A stretch of DNA of 53,729 nucleotides from Octopus bimaculoides (Eukaryota): NCBI RefSeq assembly GCF_001194135.2, contig NC_068991.1, forward strand, positions 74,151,398 to 74,205,126. The letters are read 5' to 3'. Below the pieces are notes generated by a model that did not search any database, was not told where the DNA came from, and saw nothing but the letters and a program-made list of their open reading frames with translations. Shown in pieces: positions 35,270 to 48,675 of this stretch (the first letter of the stretch is position 1; each line of letters opens with the position of its first letter). The translations under genes were made by a program, and so were the position numbers.

Positions 35270-36203
35270 ACACAGACATATACAAAGACAGTTTTACACA
35301 TACACACAATATACATATACAAAGACAGTTTTACACATACACACAATATACATACATTATATATATATATATACATACATACATTATATATACATATATA
35401 TATATACATACATACATTATATATACATATATATATATACATACATACATTATATATACATATATATATATACATACATACATTATATATACATATATAT
35501 ATATATACATACATNNNNNNNNNNNNNNNNNNNNNNNNNNNNNNNNNNNNNNNNNNNNNNNNNNNNNNNNNNNNNNNNNNNNNNNNNNNNNNNNNNNNNN
35601 NNNNNNNNNNNNNNNNNNNNNNNNNNNNNNNNNNNNNNNNNNNNNNNNNNNNNNNNNNNNNNNNNNNNNNNNNNNNNNNNNNNNNNNNNNNNNNNNNNNN
35701 NNNNNNNNNNNNNNNNNNNNNNNNNNNNNNNNNNNNNNNNNNNNNNNNNNNNNNNNNNNNNNNNNNNNNNNNNNNNNNNNNNNNNNNNNNNNNNNNNNNN
35801 NNNNNNNNNNNNNNNNNNNNNNNNNNNNNNNNNNNNNNNNNNNNNNNNNNNNNNNNNNNNNNNNNNNNNNNNNNNNNNNNNNNNNNNNNNNNNNNNNNNN
35901 NNNNNNNNNNNNNNNNNNNNNNNNNNNNNNNNNNNNNNNNNNNNNNNNNNNNNNNNNNNNNNNNNNNNNNNNNNNNNNNNNNNNNNNNNNNNNNNNNNNN
36001 NNNNNNNNNNNNNNNNNNNNNNNNNNNNNNNNNNNNNNNNNNNNNNNNNNNNNNNNNNNNNNNNNNNNNNNNNNNNNNNNNNNNNNNNNNNNNNNNNNNN
36101 NNNNNNNNNNNNNNNNNNNNNNNNNNNNNNNNNNNNNNNNNNNNNNNNNNNNNNNNNNNNNATATATACATACATACATATACATATATATATATACATA
36201 CAT

Positions 36204-36239
<36 letters not shown>

Positions 36240-36240
36240 T
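35270..36240. repeat. TA/CA compound micro/minisatellite spanning gap 35515-36161
   Basis: Repeating TACATACATTATATATACATATATATA-type units. Confidence 0.9.
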
Positions 36241-36667
36241 ATTGCTTAATGTCTATGTTGAATAATAATCTTTAAAAAGAAAAAGAAAAATGTTAATTAA
36301 AAAAAACTACTTATTATGGATGGCAACATACGTCTAAGAACATAGCAAGACTTACTGAACAAGAGATAATCCTGGGAAACAAGCAGAAGACAAAAAAAAA
36401 GTAAGAAAGAATTCCAGTTTTGGTTTCTGGTTGACATGGCACTACATTCGATTTCACTCCTTAAAGACACACAAGGCTTTTGTGGCAAAGGAATCCAATA
36501 TACTCTCTGTATGGTTGCTAGAAGGCAAAGAGGGGAGAGGACCCCGTTTAGTGGGTTACTTGACATTGTAAAAACAGTAGCTAAACTTCCCTCTCCCTCA
36601 AATCACACCCCAGCATCATAGCAAGTGTGGGGTTAAGCATCACAGAGAGTGGGGGGCAACAAGCGTA

Positions 36668-37272
36668 TCAAAAATGACAGTCTAAGCAAGCATGGGTGCA
36701 TGGTTAAGGAATTTGCTTTACAACCAGGTGGTTTCAGGATCCATCCCACAGTTCGGAACCTTTGGGCAAATGTCTTTTATTCCAAGGCTGGCCAATATCT
36801 TTTGAATGAATTTCTCAGATTGAAACTGTAGAGGCACCTGTTGTATTTGTGTGTAAGTGTATGTATGTATGTGTGTGTGTGTATGTGTGAGTGTATGATT
36901 GTACATGTTTGTGAGTATGTATGTATGTGTGTATGTATGTGTGTGTGTGTGTGTGTATGTATGTGTGTGTGTGTATGTATGTGTGTGTGTGTATGTATGT
37001 GTGTGTGTGTGTGTGTATGTATGTGTGTGTGTATGTATGTGTGTGTGTGTATGTATGTGTGTATGTGTGTGTGTGTGTGTGCGCGCCTTTGTGTTTGTGT
37101 ATGTACCACCTTCTGATAACCAGTATAGGTTTGTTTATGTCCTTAGAAAACTTAGTGGTTCAGCAAACAGAGATTGATAGAATAAGTACTAAACCTAGAA
37201 TAAGTACAGGGCAGGGGCTGATTTGTTTGATTAACCCCTTCAAAGAAATGGCCCAGTCCACTGACCAAGACA
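36668..37272 (+). mobile_element. Diverged SINE family A split by an expanded TG/TATG microsatellite
   Basis: Head 36668-36835, microsatellite 36845-37082, tail 37085-37272. Confidence 0.7.
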
Positions 37273-37685
37273 AAGGGAGAGTGTAGGTGCAGGCTGGGCT
37301 TCATAACCACACGGCCATACCTGCACCATATCCAGGAATCATTTCAGTATTAAATAACCAAACCAAACCCAACCACTTCTTGTTTTTATCAGTTGCGGGG
37401 GCCCCCGAGAGATTAATGCAGGTTTACTGTGTGTAAACAGATTGTAACCGATATTGGAATTTATACAAAATCAAACCCAGGCTGATGTGAATGGGTTCTT
37501 AAAGTCTGTAAAAGAACAAACACAATTTGATTACTGGATATTTATATCTAAGCCTCGCATGTCACCTTCCTGAGTCAGCAAGTCAAAACTTGATTTTCTT
37601 CTCCCACCCTCTCCATGTCCAATTACACTAGATATTACCACAGGTTGTCTGTGTATTGTAACAGATACCCTGTACAATTTACTCC

Positions 37686-37687
<2 letters not shown>

Positions 37688-37773
<86 letters not shown>
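37688..37773. repeat. (TG)n microsatellite
   Basis: Pure TG run. Confidence 0.95.
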
Positions 37774-37776
<3 letters not shown>

Positions 37777-38367
37777 CATCATCATCATTGTTTTCATGTC
37801 CACTTCTTCGTGTTCACAAGGGACAGGTGGCATTCGGTGAGACAGAATTTTTAGGATTGGAAGCCCTTCCTGTCACCAACCCTCACTTGTCTCCAAGCAA
37901 AACAACACAGCACCATGACCAGACATGTTTGCAGGAAAGATTGGAAACAAATGATACCATTTGTCTGACAGTGAAACTCATTTATAACAATCCACTCATG
38001 AGGCTTGCAAGAATCTTCTTTGAAGAGATTTTCAGTTAGTCTTATATAGCCTTTTATTCCACTGCTAATTTGAAAGAGAGAGAGAGACTTTACCTCGACA
38101 AATTAATGCACTAAAGATATACACATTTTCAAGAATACAAAAAGTGTTGTTGCGGCAGCGTAAGAGAGGAGAGTTTTGCACGTGTATACTGGACTGTTTT
38201 CTTCTGTTTATACTCATTACAGAAACATTGAAGGTTTTGGAGCAACTATAGCTGACTTTTAAGTTATTTCTGTTAAAGGTCTTTCTTTTTTATATTGATA
38301 ATCTATATGGTGAAAGGCTTATTTATAAGATTTAGGAAAATCCAGCTAGTAACAACAAAAGGAACAT

Positions 38368-38752
38368 TTAACCCTTTTGTTACCATGTTACTATTGAAAT
38401 ACACTACTTTATCATCATCATCGTCGTTTAATGTCCGCTTTCCATACTGGCATGGGTTGGACGGTTTAACTGAAGACTGGCAAGCCAGGAGTCTGCACCA
38501 GGCTCCAATCTGATCTGGCAGAGTTTCTACAGCTTGATGCCCTTCCTAACACTAACCACTCTGAGAGTGTATTCAATTGATTCTTGAATATAATGAAAAA
38601 TTTATTAAAATAAGTTTGTCACTATGATATTGGTATTTGGGATATAAATTAAAATAAAATTTTGAAAGTTTAAATTTAGATCAATTTCAAAGAGGAAGTT
38701 TGTATCATAGAAACAGGGGCCGTCTAACATGGGTTGGTATCAAAAGAAATAA
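38368..38752. mobile_element. piggyBac-type MITE interrupted by an RTE fragment
   Basis: TTAA-CCCTTTTGTTACCA left end, TTGGTATCAAAAG right end; body similar to 29879-30099. Fragments also at 6458-6620 and about 8945-9000. Confidence 0.7.
38411..38570 (-). mobile_element. RTE 3'UTR fragment nested in a piggyBac-like MITE
   Basis: Family match; interrupts the element at 38368-38752. Confidence 0.8.
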
Positions 38753-39109
38753 TATTGAAGATTATACCAATCATTCCATTTTCTATTTTTTTAGTTTTAG
38801 TGTTGTTTCACACAAATTATTCTATCTTTGAAGCCACTGTCTTTTAATGTGTCAATGTAGTAATGAATAACACGATTAAAAGCCTCCACTCAAGAGGATA
38901 AGCTAACGAGCTGCTTACTAATATTATAAACTAAATTTCTAAGGATTATTGGAAGATGGTTAGAATGTATATTAATATATTCCAGTATCTCATTAAATTT
39001 GCTAAAGGGACAGTGTTTACCCTAAGGAAAACAGGGTTTGTAAGCAGTGTCTCTATGGATTAAGGAGTTGGTTTTAGTAGGGAAATAGCAACACATTTTA
39101 CTAAATAGA

Positions 39110-39285
39110 TTTTGTCCATCACCAAGTGTTTTAAATCCGGGTTTTATCTCTGTTAATGGGGGTGGCTGGATCTACCTCAATGCCATAGCAACTGTCTTCA
39201 CACCATCTTGCCCGGTTTTGGGTGTCCTCCCTTCTCAAACTAACCCTCCCAATCTCCTCCTCCACCTGTCCCCTCCGCATTTGTT
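39110..39285 (-). mobile_element. Second RTE family, 3' end (copy 2)
   Basis: Near-identical to 16365-16525, including GGTTTTGGGTGTCCTCCCTTCTCAAACTAACCCTCCCAATCTCCTCCTCCACCTGTCCCCTCC. Confidence 0.75.
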
Positions 39286-39751
39286 ATTTAACTAGAAAAG
39301 TTGAAAATGGGAAAACAGTCTTGCAGCTGTACTAAAGGAAAATAAAAGGCAACAATTTATGTAATGGAGGTTTGTCAGAGTAATGTCACAAGTTTATTTA
39401 GTTTTAAACATTGTCAAAACAGAAGAGCAAAATGTAGGTAGTTTAAAAAGAAAACAATGCTGTCCCAGAGTTGTCAAAATACAATTAATGAAATGGTTAC
39501 TTTCAGCATAGAACCAAGAAGAATTTCGGACAACTAATTTAAACCATATATGGTGGTTGTTAAGAACACAAAAGAAAGTAGTTGAATGAATTGTCAGGTT
39601 TTAATGGAAAGATATCAGAAATGTTTGCCTAACATTGTTGGTGCTGAACTGCTGAGTCACAATATACGTACATCCATACATTCACATGTATGGAAGGTAA
39701 ATGTTAAATGATGATGATGACAAAGAACAAATATATATATCTACACACATC

Positions 39752-40030
39752 ATCATCATCATTGTTTAATGTCCATTTTTCCATTCTAGCATGGACTGGA
39801 CGGTTCAACCGGGGTCTGGGAAGCCAGGAGGCTGCACCTGGCTCCTATATGATTTGGCAGAGTTTCTACAGCTGGATGCCCTTCCTAATACTAACCACTC
39901 AGTGAGTATAGTGGGTGCTTTTTACATGCCACCGGCACAGGGGCCACAGGAGGCTGGCAACGACCATGATCAGTTGGTGCATTTTACGTGCGACCGGCAC
40001 GGAAGCCAGTCCAGGTGGCGCTGGCATCGG
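39752..40030 (-). mobile_element. RTE 3'UTR fragment
   Basis: Family motifs and CAT tail. Confidence 0.8.
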
Positions 40031-40047
40031 CCATGTTCAGATGGTGC

Positions 40048-40111
<64 letters not shown>

Positions 40112-40239
40112 GGGGTTTCTTATGTTTTTTGTCGACCATATTCCACTTGCTCAGCACAAGGCTACAGTGGAAGACACCTGCCAGGTGGTACCAAATACGG
40201 AACCATGTGGTTCCAAACAGCTTCTTCACCTCACAACCA

Positions 40240-42163
40240 TACATACACACCATCATTATCCTCATCACCACCACCACCATTGTCAACATCACAATCATGA
40301 TGACTACCACCACCACCACCACCACCACCACCATTACCATCATCATCCATTTCTCCATGCATCCACTCCGATTTGGTTAGTTCCTAGTTGGCTCTGATTC
40401 AGCAGACTTCTGATTCAAAGGCTTGTCGTGACCATCCTGTATTATTTTCCCTTGGTCAAACAATTGAACAAAAGTTGTAAAACGGTTAGGTGTGATTCAA
40501 AGAAGATTTAACAGTTACTTTTAGCTGAGCATCGTTTTAACCAACTACGTAGAAGCTACCCAACCGAATTGTCTTTAGCATAAGAATAATCACTGCATTT
40601 TTAAATATCACAAAAAAAAAAAAAAAAAAAAGGGAGCATGAGTAAGATTTGATCCTGGGATCAGTGATGTAGGCATTGGACTAAATAAAGCAGTAAAGCA
40701 TCATCTGCACAGTCCAGCTAATTTCTCTTTCATCTCTGCTACCCATTAATAATTGGCAGGTGCATCTCTGGGTTTGGAAATTAATTTGAAACTAATTTGT
40801 GTCGGGGATGGGGGTAGCTTGCGACAGGGTAGCATTCAACAGAGACAGACAGACACATATACATATACATATACATACACAGCCGCACAGACACACCCAC
40901 ACACATCAGACTTCTTTCATTTTCCTAACACTCCTTATACCCCTGGTGGGATGGGGGTGACTGTGGTTGTAGTGTGTGGTGAAAGCAAAGGGACTTGACA
41001 ATGGAATGCTGCTGGAAATGGGGTTGAAAAAAAAAAAAAAAAAGGGGAAACAGTAAAAAGGGGTGGCATGAAGGAGGTTGTAGGTAGAGGTGGATGGGTG
41101 GGGAAACTGTGGTGAGTGGAGGGAAGAAAGAGCCCCCCCCCCCCCGGAGCAGAGAAGAGGTGAGAGATGGCATGGAGGGAGGAACCGGAAAGTGGAAGGA
41201 TAAGGATAATAATAGGAGCATTGGAGGTGAGGTGCGATGGGGTGGAGGAGTGGAGGTGGAGAGGTGAAATGCAGGGGGTGGAGATATTGGCTGATAGTAA
41301 GTGGGACAGGGGCAGATAACCTTGAGTAGACATGGAATGTAAAGATCAGTGTAGTGATCATGACGACGATGATGATGAAAATAAAAAGGCAAAACAACAT
41401 TTGGCTTGGGTAGGGGGAGAAGAAAAAGAACGAAAGGGGGGAAATGAGGGGGTACAAACAGGGGCAAAACAACAATAACAACAATGATTCCCATAACATA
41501 CCGTGTCAGGGTGTTGACTGACAACTACAATGATGATGATTATGATGATGGTGGTGGTGATGATGGTGGTGGTGATGATGGTGATGTTGGCAGTGGTGAT
41601 GATTCCACAAAGTTAGGGGAAAATATATCCAGAGAATCAGGCATGAGCAGAGATGACAGGATTAAAGAGAGGGATTACTACCATGTTGATTTGTACAGGA
41701 TGAGAAAATTTGGGGGTCTCACTATCTAACAAGAAATAAAACAAAAAAGCCCACCCCAGGTGAGGTGGGGGCGGTAGCGAGTATAGGGTAGGAACTGAAT
41801 ACCAACGGTGGGGCATTATAACCAAGCTGACTCATCTAATATATTACAACCCCCCAAAGCTGTGATGAGGGAAGTTGGGACTGTTTTCATTTTTTGCTAT
41901 TTTCTCTTTTATTTTTGTTTTTTTTCTTTTGGCGCCCTAATGTGTGCAACATGAACAGAATCAGAACAGAAGTACACGCGCACACACTATTAGATATATA
42001 CATGTGTTTATACATGTCTATACACAAAAGCAATGACCAAATGATAGAATTTAGCAAAGGCACGGAAGGAATGTACAAGACAAAAATAACAAACCAAAAC
42101 ACTTGATAAAAGGAAAACAATGCTCCCCCCACCGAACACCTCATTATATACACACACATATAA

Positions 42164-42200
<37 letters not shown>

Positions 42201-43020
42201 CATATATATATATACATAAAAGTATATATATACATATATATATATGTGTTTATATATATAAATAAATAAATAAATATATATATATATATATGCACACACA
42301 TGGGGTGTATTACATATGCACACTCATATATATATATATATACACATACACACATATATACACTCATACATACATACATACACACACAGAATAATAAAGC
42401 CAGTACCAGGAAGACTTTTAACGATAAGCAAGTAAACTATAAATAATCAATAAGCCATACTTTCATTCTCCTTACTACAGTTGCCCTTCCCCCTTTTATC
42501 TCCCCCCCCAACCACCCACTATTATTATTATTATTATTATTATTGTTATTATTATTATTAGTAATTTTGTTGTTGTTGTTGCCATTCTTGTTATTGTGGA
42601 AGTAATTTACTAACAGAAAGCCCGTCTGTTGATTAAAACTACAGATATAGAAAAAAAAGAAAAAGGTTTGTTAGCTTTCCACCACAGATTATACACACAT
42701 ACACACACACACACGCACACACAGACTACAGGCATAGAATTCTGCATACCCCCCCCCCCCCACGACACAGAATAAAATAGCTCCACTGTTGTAGCAAGGT
42801 TTTCACTGAATTATCTTTGTGAAGAGGGGGGGGACTGCATGGGTAAGAGGATAAATGGAGAGTAATAAGAGTTGGGAAGTTGATGGTGGTGCCAGTGGTG
42901 GTGGTGGAGGTAGAGGCAATGGCATTCACGGTAGTAGTGGTGGTGGTAGTACTAGTAGTAGTAGTAAGAGTAGCAATGGCTCAGGTGGTAGTGGTCGTGT
43001 GTGTGTGTGTGTGTGTGTGT
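40240..43020. repeat. Low-complexity zone: (CAC/CAT)n, GA-rich, (GAT/GGT)n, (TA)n, (TAT)n, (GTA)n
   Basis: Successive simple-repeat tracts; no homologous protein recognised. Confidence 0.8.
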
Positions 43021-43044
43021 GGTAATAGTGGGAGGTGTCATTTC

Positions 43045-43308
43045 TCTTTTACCTGTTACAGCCATTGGATTGTGGCCATGCTAGAGCCCCACTTTGAGGG
43101 GCTTTTGTTGAAAAAAAAAAAAAAAAAGGAAAAAAAAAATCAATCCCAGGAACTAAATTCAGTTTCCATTTACCAAATCCACTCACACGGCTTTGGTCCA
43201 CCCAAGGCTCTAGCAGAAGACACTTGCTCAAGGTGCCATGCAGTGGGACTGAACCCAGAACCATGTGGTTGGGAAGCAAGCTTCCTACTACACAGTCATG
43301 CCTAAAAA
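43045..43308 (-). mobile_element. SINE family A, internally deleted
   Basis: Family A head and tail motifs. Confidence 0.75.
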
Positions 43309-43946
43309 CAATTATTTTAATTAGACACTTATGCTCCAGTTCCCTTCCAGCTGAACCCCTATTGGTCATATCAAACTCACCAGCCTGGAAAGACCATGGG
43401 CACTGTCCCCTCTCCCTGATTAAATTATAAACACAAATCTGGAGTGTATGCTGCAGTTGGTGTGGGGACATGTGCCATTGCTGCAGCCACCATTTGTGGG
43501 GTATTTGCTCAGATCATCCCAGGTAACCCTCTGAACAGTGTCCCGGTCCATCCCTGCAAGATACTTCATCATTTGTCATGACCACGTAGCATGTGGCCAA
43601 CCAACAGGAGCCATCACTCCTACTGCATCCTCAGAGAAGAGATCCAACAGGAAAAATTGTGCAACATGACCACCAACAATGGTCATGCTGGGCTACTCTA
43701 GGATCAAAAGAAATTTATATCTGAAGATGCTTTTTTTTGTTGTGTGTCTTATTTAAAAACCTTAGGACATTTGTTGAAGGCGAATTAAGCTGTTATTTTG
43801 AGGAAATCAAACCCCATTCAAAAATAAAGCTCTAGTTATTGTTATTTTCAGTCCCAGGTCAGTTCAGACTGAACACAAATGATCAAAAGTGTTCCGACTC
43901 TTCACATCCTATCTGTATTTTTACAATTTTCTTTTTTACCCAGGCA

Positions 43947-43992
<46 letters not shown>

Positions 43993-44387
43993 CCAAGAGA
44001 GTTAGGGGTCGAGGATCCAACCAACTAAGGGATAATATCTATCCAATATACTGATGGGAGGGTACCTTTAAATTTGTAATCTTGATTGTTGATATGACAT
44101 AGTATGTCATAAGTGTCTGCATATTGTCTTTATTGTCATTTTGATTATAAAATAAATAGATTAATCAACAGAGTACAGTGTCTGCAAGTTGATGAGTACC
44201 TCATATTCCCCTCCATTTTCTTATTGCTATANNNNNNNNNNNNNNNNNNNNNNNNNNNNNNNNNNNNNNNNNNNNNNNNNNNNNNNNNNNNNNNNNNNNN
44301 NNNNNNNNNNNNNNNNNNNNNNNNNNNNNNNNNNNNNNNNNNNNNNNNNNNNNNNNNNNNNNNNNNNNNNNNNNNNNNNNNNNNNNN

Positions 44388-44432
<45 letters not shown>

Positions 44433-45084
44433 GAATATGTTATGATTAGAGAGTGATTTAGCTGCATTTTCTAGTAGACTGACTGACTGACTGATGACCA
44501 TATGGAAACTCTTGTGGATGTGGTGGCTACATTGGTATTGGTGACTGATGCCTACCAAACCAGTTTTCTGCTCCAAGTGAAAGCTTACAGCGCTACCAAT
44601 AACCAGGTTTTTATGCTTCATTTATTTAGCTTTTATTTGTCATTAGTTAACAATATTTCCACCTGTAGTAAATAAGAAAGAAGGAAGCATTACGAGTGAA
44701 TAACCATTGAGGTTGTTGACAGAGGAACAGAAAGGTATGATGACTGGTGAAAGTAAACTCTGGAAATTGTCAGGCAGAACTGGTTAGGCCTGGTCTGAAA
44801 GATATGTTGGAAGTCAGACATAAAAATGACTAAGTAATGAAATATATTGTCAGTCGTATTGCAGAAGTGTGGCTGTGTGGTTAAGAAGTTATGTCATGTG
44901 TGTGACGTTGTAGTTCAAGATTTGATCCTCAGTCTGGTGCCTTAAGAACGGTTAAGGTACCAATTATATAGTCTTGGGTCAAGCAATGCATTTGCATTCA
45001 TTGCAAACATAATTTGGTAAATAAAATGGATGCAGGATCCTATTGTTTATATATGTATATATGTGTGTGTGTATATATATATAT

Positions 45085-45271
45085 TCTTTTACTTGTTTCA
45101 GTCATTTGACTGTGGCCATTTTGGAGCACTGCCTTTAGTCGAGCAAATTGACCCTAGGATATATTCATTGTAAGCCTAGTACTTATTCTATAAGTGTCTT
45201 TTGCCAAATCGCTAAGTTACGGAGATGTAAACACACCATGGTGGGGGTACAAACACGGACACACACACACA

Positions 45272-45302
<31 letters not shown>

Positions 45303-45371
45303 AATAGATATATATATATACATGACGGGCTTCTTTCAGTTTCCATCTATCAAATCCACTCACAAGGCTTT
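45085..45371 (-). mobile_element. SINE family A, runs into gap
   Basis: Family A motifs. Confidence 0.85.
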
Positions 45372-45759
45372 NNNNNNNNNNNNNNNNNNNNNNNNNNNNN
45401 NNNNNNNNNNNNNNNNNNNNNNNNNNNNNNNNNNNNNNNNNNNNNNNNNNNNNNNNNNNNNNNNNNNNNNNAGTGAGTGAGAGTGAGTGAGTGTGGCAAT
45501 GAGTGAGAGAGAGAGAGATGGTAGTATGTAATCTCCGGTTCAGTCCTACTTGTGTGGCACCGTGGGCAAGTGTCTTTTACTATAGCCCTGGGCTATAGAA
45601 AAAACAAAAAGAATCTGTGCTCTTTACATAAAGTCCATTGCAATATATTTTCTGCAGGGAGTTACAGACACTCCCTGATCACTCTCTGTGTTTGATAGGC
45701 AGTGAACCAGTGACTGACTCATTGGAATTTATAATTATGATGTTATCACTCACAAAAAT

Positions 45760-45802
45760 GCAGATACACACATACATATATGTTTGTGTGTGTATATACA
45801 TA

Positions 45803-45838
<36 letters not shown>

Positions 45839-46105
45839 TAAATATACATATGCACACACATGCATAAAAATATTTATATACATACATATATAGACACATA
45901 TACATACACATATATACATTTATATAAGCACATATATACATACACACACATATATACATATATATATATACACACACATATACACATTTATATACATATA
46001 TATATATACACACACACACACACATTTATATACATATATATATACACACATATAGACACATACATGTATATATGTATACATACATATGGAGAGGGAAGAG
46101 AAAGA

Positions 46106-46143
<38 letters not shown>

Positions 46144-46162
46144 TGTGTGTGTGTGTGTGTGT

Positions 46163-46200
<38 letters not shown>

Positions 46201-46560
46201 NNNNNNNNNNNNNNNNNNNNNNNNNNNNNNNNNNNNNNNNNNNNNNNNNNNNNNNNNNNNNNNNNNNNNNNNNNNNNNNNNNNNNNNNNNNNNNNNNNNN
46301 NNNNNNNNNNNNNNNNNNNNNNNNNNNNNNNNNNNNNNNNNNNNNNNNNNNNNNNNNNNNNNNNNNNNNNNNNNNNNNNNNNNNNNNNNNNNNNNNNNNN
46401 NNNNNNNNNNNNNNNNNTATATATGGACAGATAGAGAGAACAAGAGGGAGAAAAGAGAAAAGCAGAAAAGAGAAAAGAGAAAAGAGAAAAGCAGAAAAGC
46501 AGAAAAGAGAGAGAGCAACAGAGTAGGGAGGAGAGAAAAAGAGCAAAAGAGAGGAGAAGG
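45760..46560. repeat. TA/CA, TG and GA-rich simple repeats around gap 46201-46417
   Basis: Direct inspection. Confidence 0.9.
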
Positions 46561-47339
46561 AGGTATGAAAACAATGAGAAAGTGAGTTCAAATCTCTGTA
46601 TGGTCTGTTAAACTTTTCTCGCTTGTAACTTGAATAAGATAAATAAATAAGAATCCAGTTCCAGAAATATGGTTTTATGTGGAAGAAATTAGAGCATAAA
46701 CAGTTGTTGGCTGTTGTGAGTCATTTCTCAATTGAATGAGTTACAGGTGAGCCATACTCCTGAGTGACCTCTCTGAATACACACAAGGAATGGCTGTGAG
46801 GAATCGAGAAAGAAAGATGGAAGAATGATGGATACACACACATAGAGAGAGAGAAAGATGAACAGAGACAGAGAGTAGAAGTGAGAGGAGGAAGAAGAAG
46901 GGAGTAGATGAGAAAATGAGAGAAAGGAAGAAAAAGAGAGAGAGGGGGGAAAGAAGATGAGAAAGAGAGAGAAAGAAAAAACTGAGAATTTTAGTTGATA
47001 TATTTTGGCCAAAGTCCAAATATCATCCTGGTTCTGACCAATCATAGATTACCGAGAATCATTTACAAACCGATCGGATCACATGTATTGGTACAGTGGT
47101 CAATAGCATTTGTTTACTCAGCCAGCAGTACAATACCATGACCGAATGAGGGAGCATCTGTGAGGTCATTCAGGCAGCTAGAAATAGAAACCAAATCACC
47201 CTTGAATTTCTAAGAAATACTAAATTGGATGAAGCACTTTTGGGTTGTCTGTGCATAGGAACAAGGCAGGGTGGTCATGGCTGAAATATCTTTGATCGTG
47301 GATCTGTTTTGAAAAAGTTGATTTTTGGGTTGACCATAA

Positions 47340-47558
47340 AGCATTCAAACCGGTCAGATCTGGCTCAAATATTCAGCCCTGTTTTAGGTTAAAACTGTTC
47401 AGATCTGACCTCTCACGCCTGCCCTACAATGTCACTGTAAAAATAAACAGCCACATGAGAATCTTAAAGCGATGAGATAAAGCATGATTAATTAAAAAGA
47501 TTATATATAAATATGCTTTACATTCGACAAAGTAAATCTGAATGCTAAAGGGTTTTAA
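47340..47558 (-). mobile_element. piggyBac-like MITE, second family
   Basis: Ends CTGAATGCTAAAGGG; reverse complement of the 2461 start. Confidence 0.65.
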
Positions 47559-47600
47559 CTAACAGGTACAACAAATGGGGCTTTGAAAGAGCCTTTAGGG

Positions 47601-48077
47601 CACAGGTTCTCAAAGAGGACAGTCCAGGTGAGCACTAATGTCTAAGGGGGTGCAGTAGAGAAAAAGGGGGCATAGTATTGTATACAAATTATATAATATA
47701 TTCTTTTCTACTCTAGGCACAAGGCCCAAAACTTTTTGGTGGGTGGGTGCCAGTTTATTAGATCGACCCAATATGCAACTGGTACAAAATTTATCGACCT
47801 CGAAAGGATGAAAGGCAACGTCGACTTCGGCAGAATTTGAACTCAGAACGTAAAGACAGATGAAATACCACTAAGCATTTCGCCCAGCGTGCTAACGATC
47901 CTGTCAGCTCGTATAGTATATATTAATTAGTAAAATATAAAATATTTATCTATACATAAAAANNNNNNNNNNNNNNNNNNNNNNNNNNNNNNNNNNNNNN
48001 NNNNNNNNNNNNNNNNNNNNNNNNNNNNNNNNNNNNNNNNNNNNNGGGGGGGGGGCAAAAAAGTTTGAGAACCTCTG
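47601..48077. mobile_element. hAT (Charlie-like) MITE with 8-bp TSD and nested SINE family C
   Basis: TIRs CACAGGTTCTCAAA / TTTGAGAACCTCTG; flanks CTTTAGGG and CTTTAGGT; SINE at about 47697-47911. Confidence 0.75.
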
Positions 48078-48675
48078 CTTTAGGTGAAGACTCCATTTGC
48101 TAGAAATAGCAGCCAAAAGACAAAAAGAATTAAAATGGGGTGGTCGTGGCTAGAATACCTTTGGTTTATGATATGCTTGATCGGAGCTGACTTGGAGGGG
48201 AGGGGGCATCTAACAACAACAACAAGTATTACTATAATTGCAGCAGCAATAAGCAAACAGGATTTAAATACAACAAATGATTATTGATTATTAATAGCAA
48301 GTATTAGTTTGTTGCTAGGCAACAGAAGAGAGAAGAAAAAAAAATACAAATACAAAAAAAAAAAAAATAAGCACTTAATGACCGATATAGACTCAGATGC
48401 TTACAACCGTTGTGCAGAGCTTTAGGCTAAGATGTTTCTTGTAGTTTATCATCAGTGATTATGAAGAGAGAGAGATACAAGACAGAGAGGATTATGGGAA
48501 AACTGGCTGTATATATGTGTGTATATATATACCTGTATGTAAAGGCAAGGACAAAGAGAAGAGAAATGCTTGAGCAGATGAGATGAGAAAGGAATGGGTT
48601 AAAAGAAAACGAGAGAGAAACCATGAGATCTGATGAAGGAGTGAGATGGAGAAGATGGTATGCGAGAAGAACAGT

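Noticed and set aside
41030-41300. G-quadruplex or regulatory element in a G-rich tract
   Set aside because: Irregular G-runs inside a broad low-complexity purine zone; not distinguishable from background.
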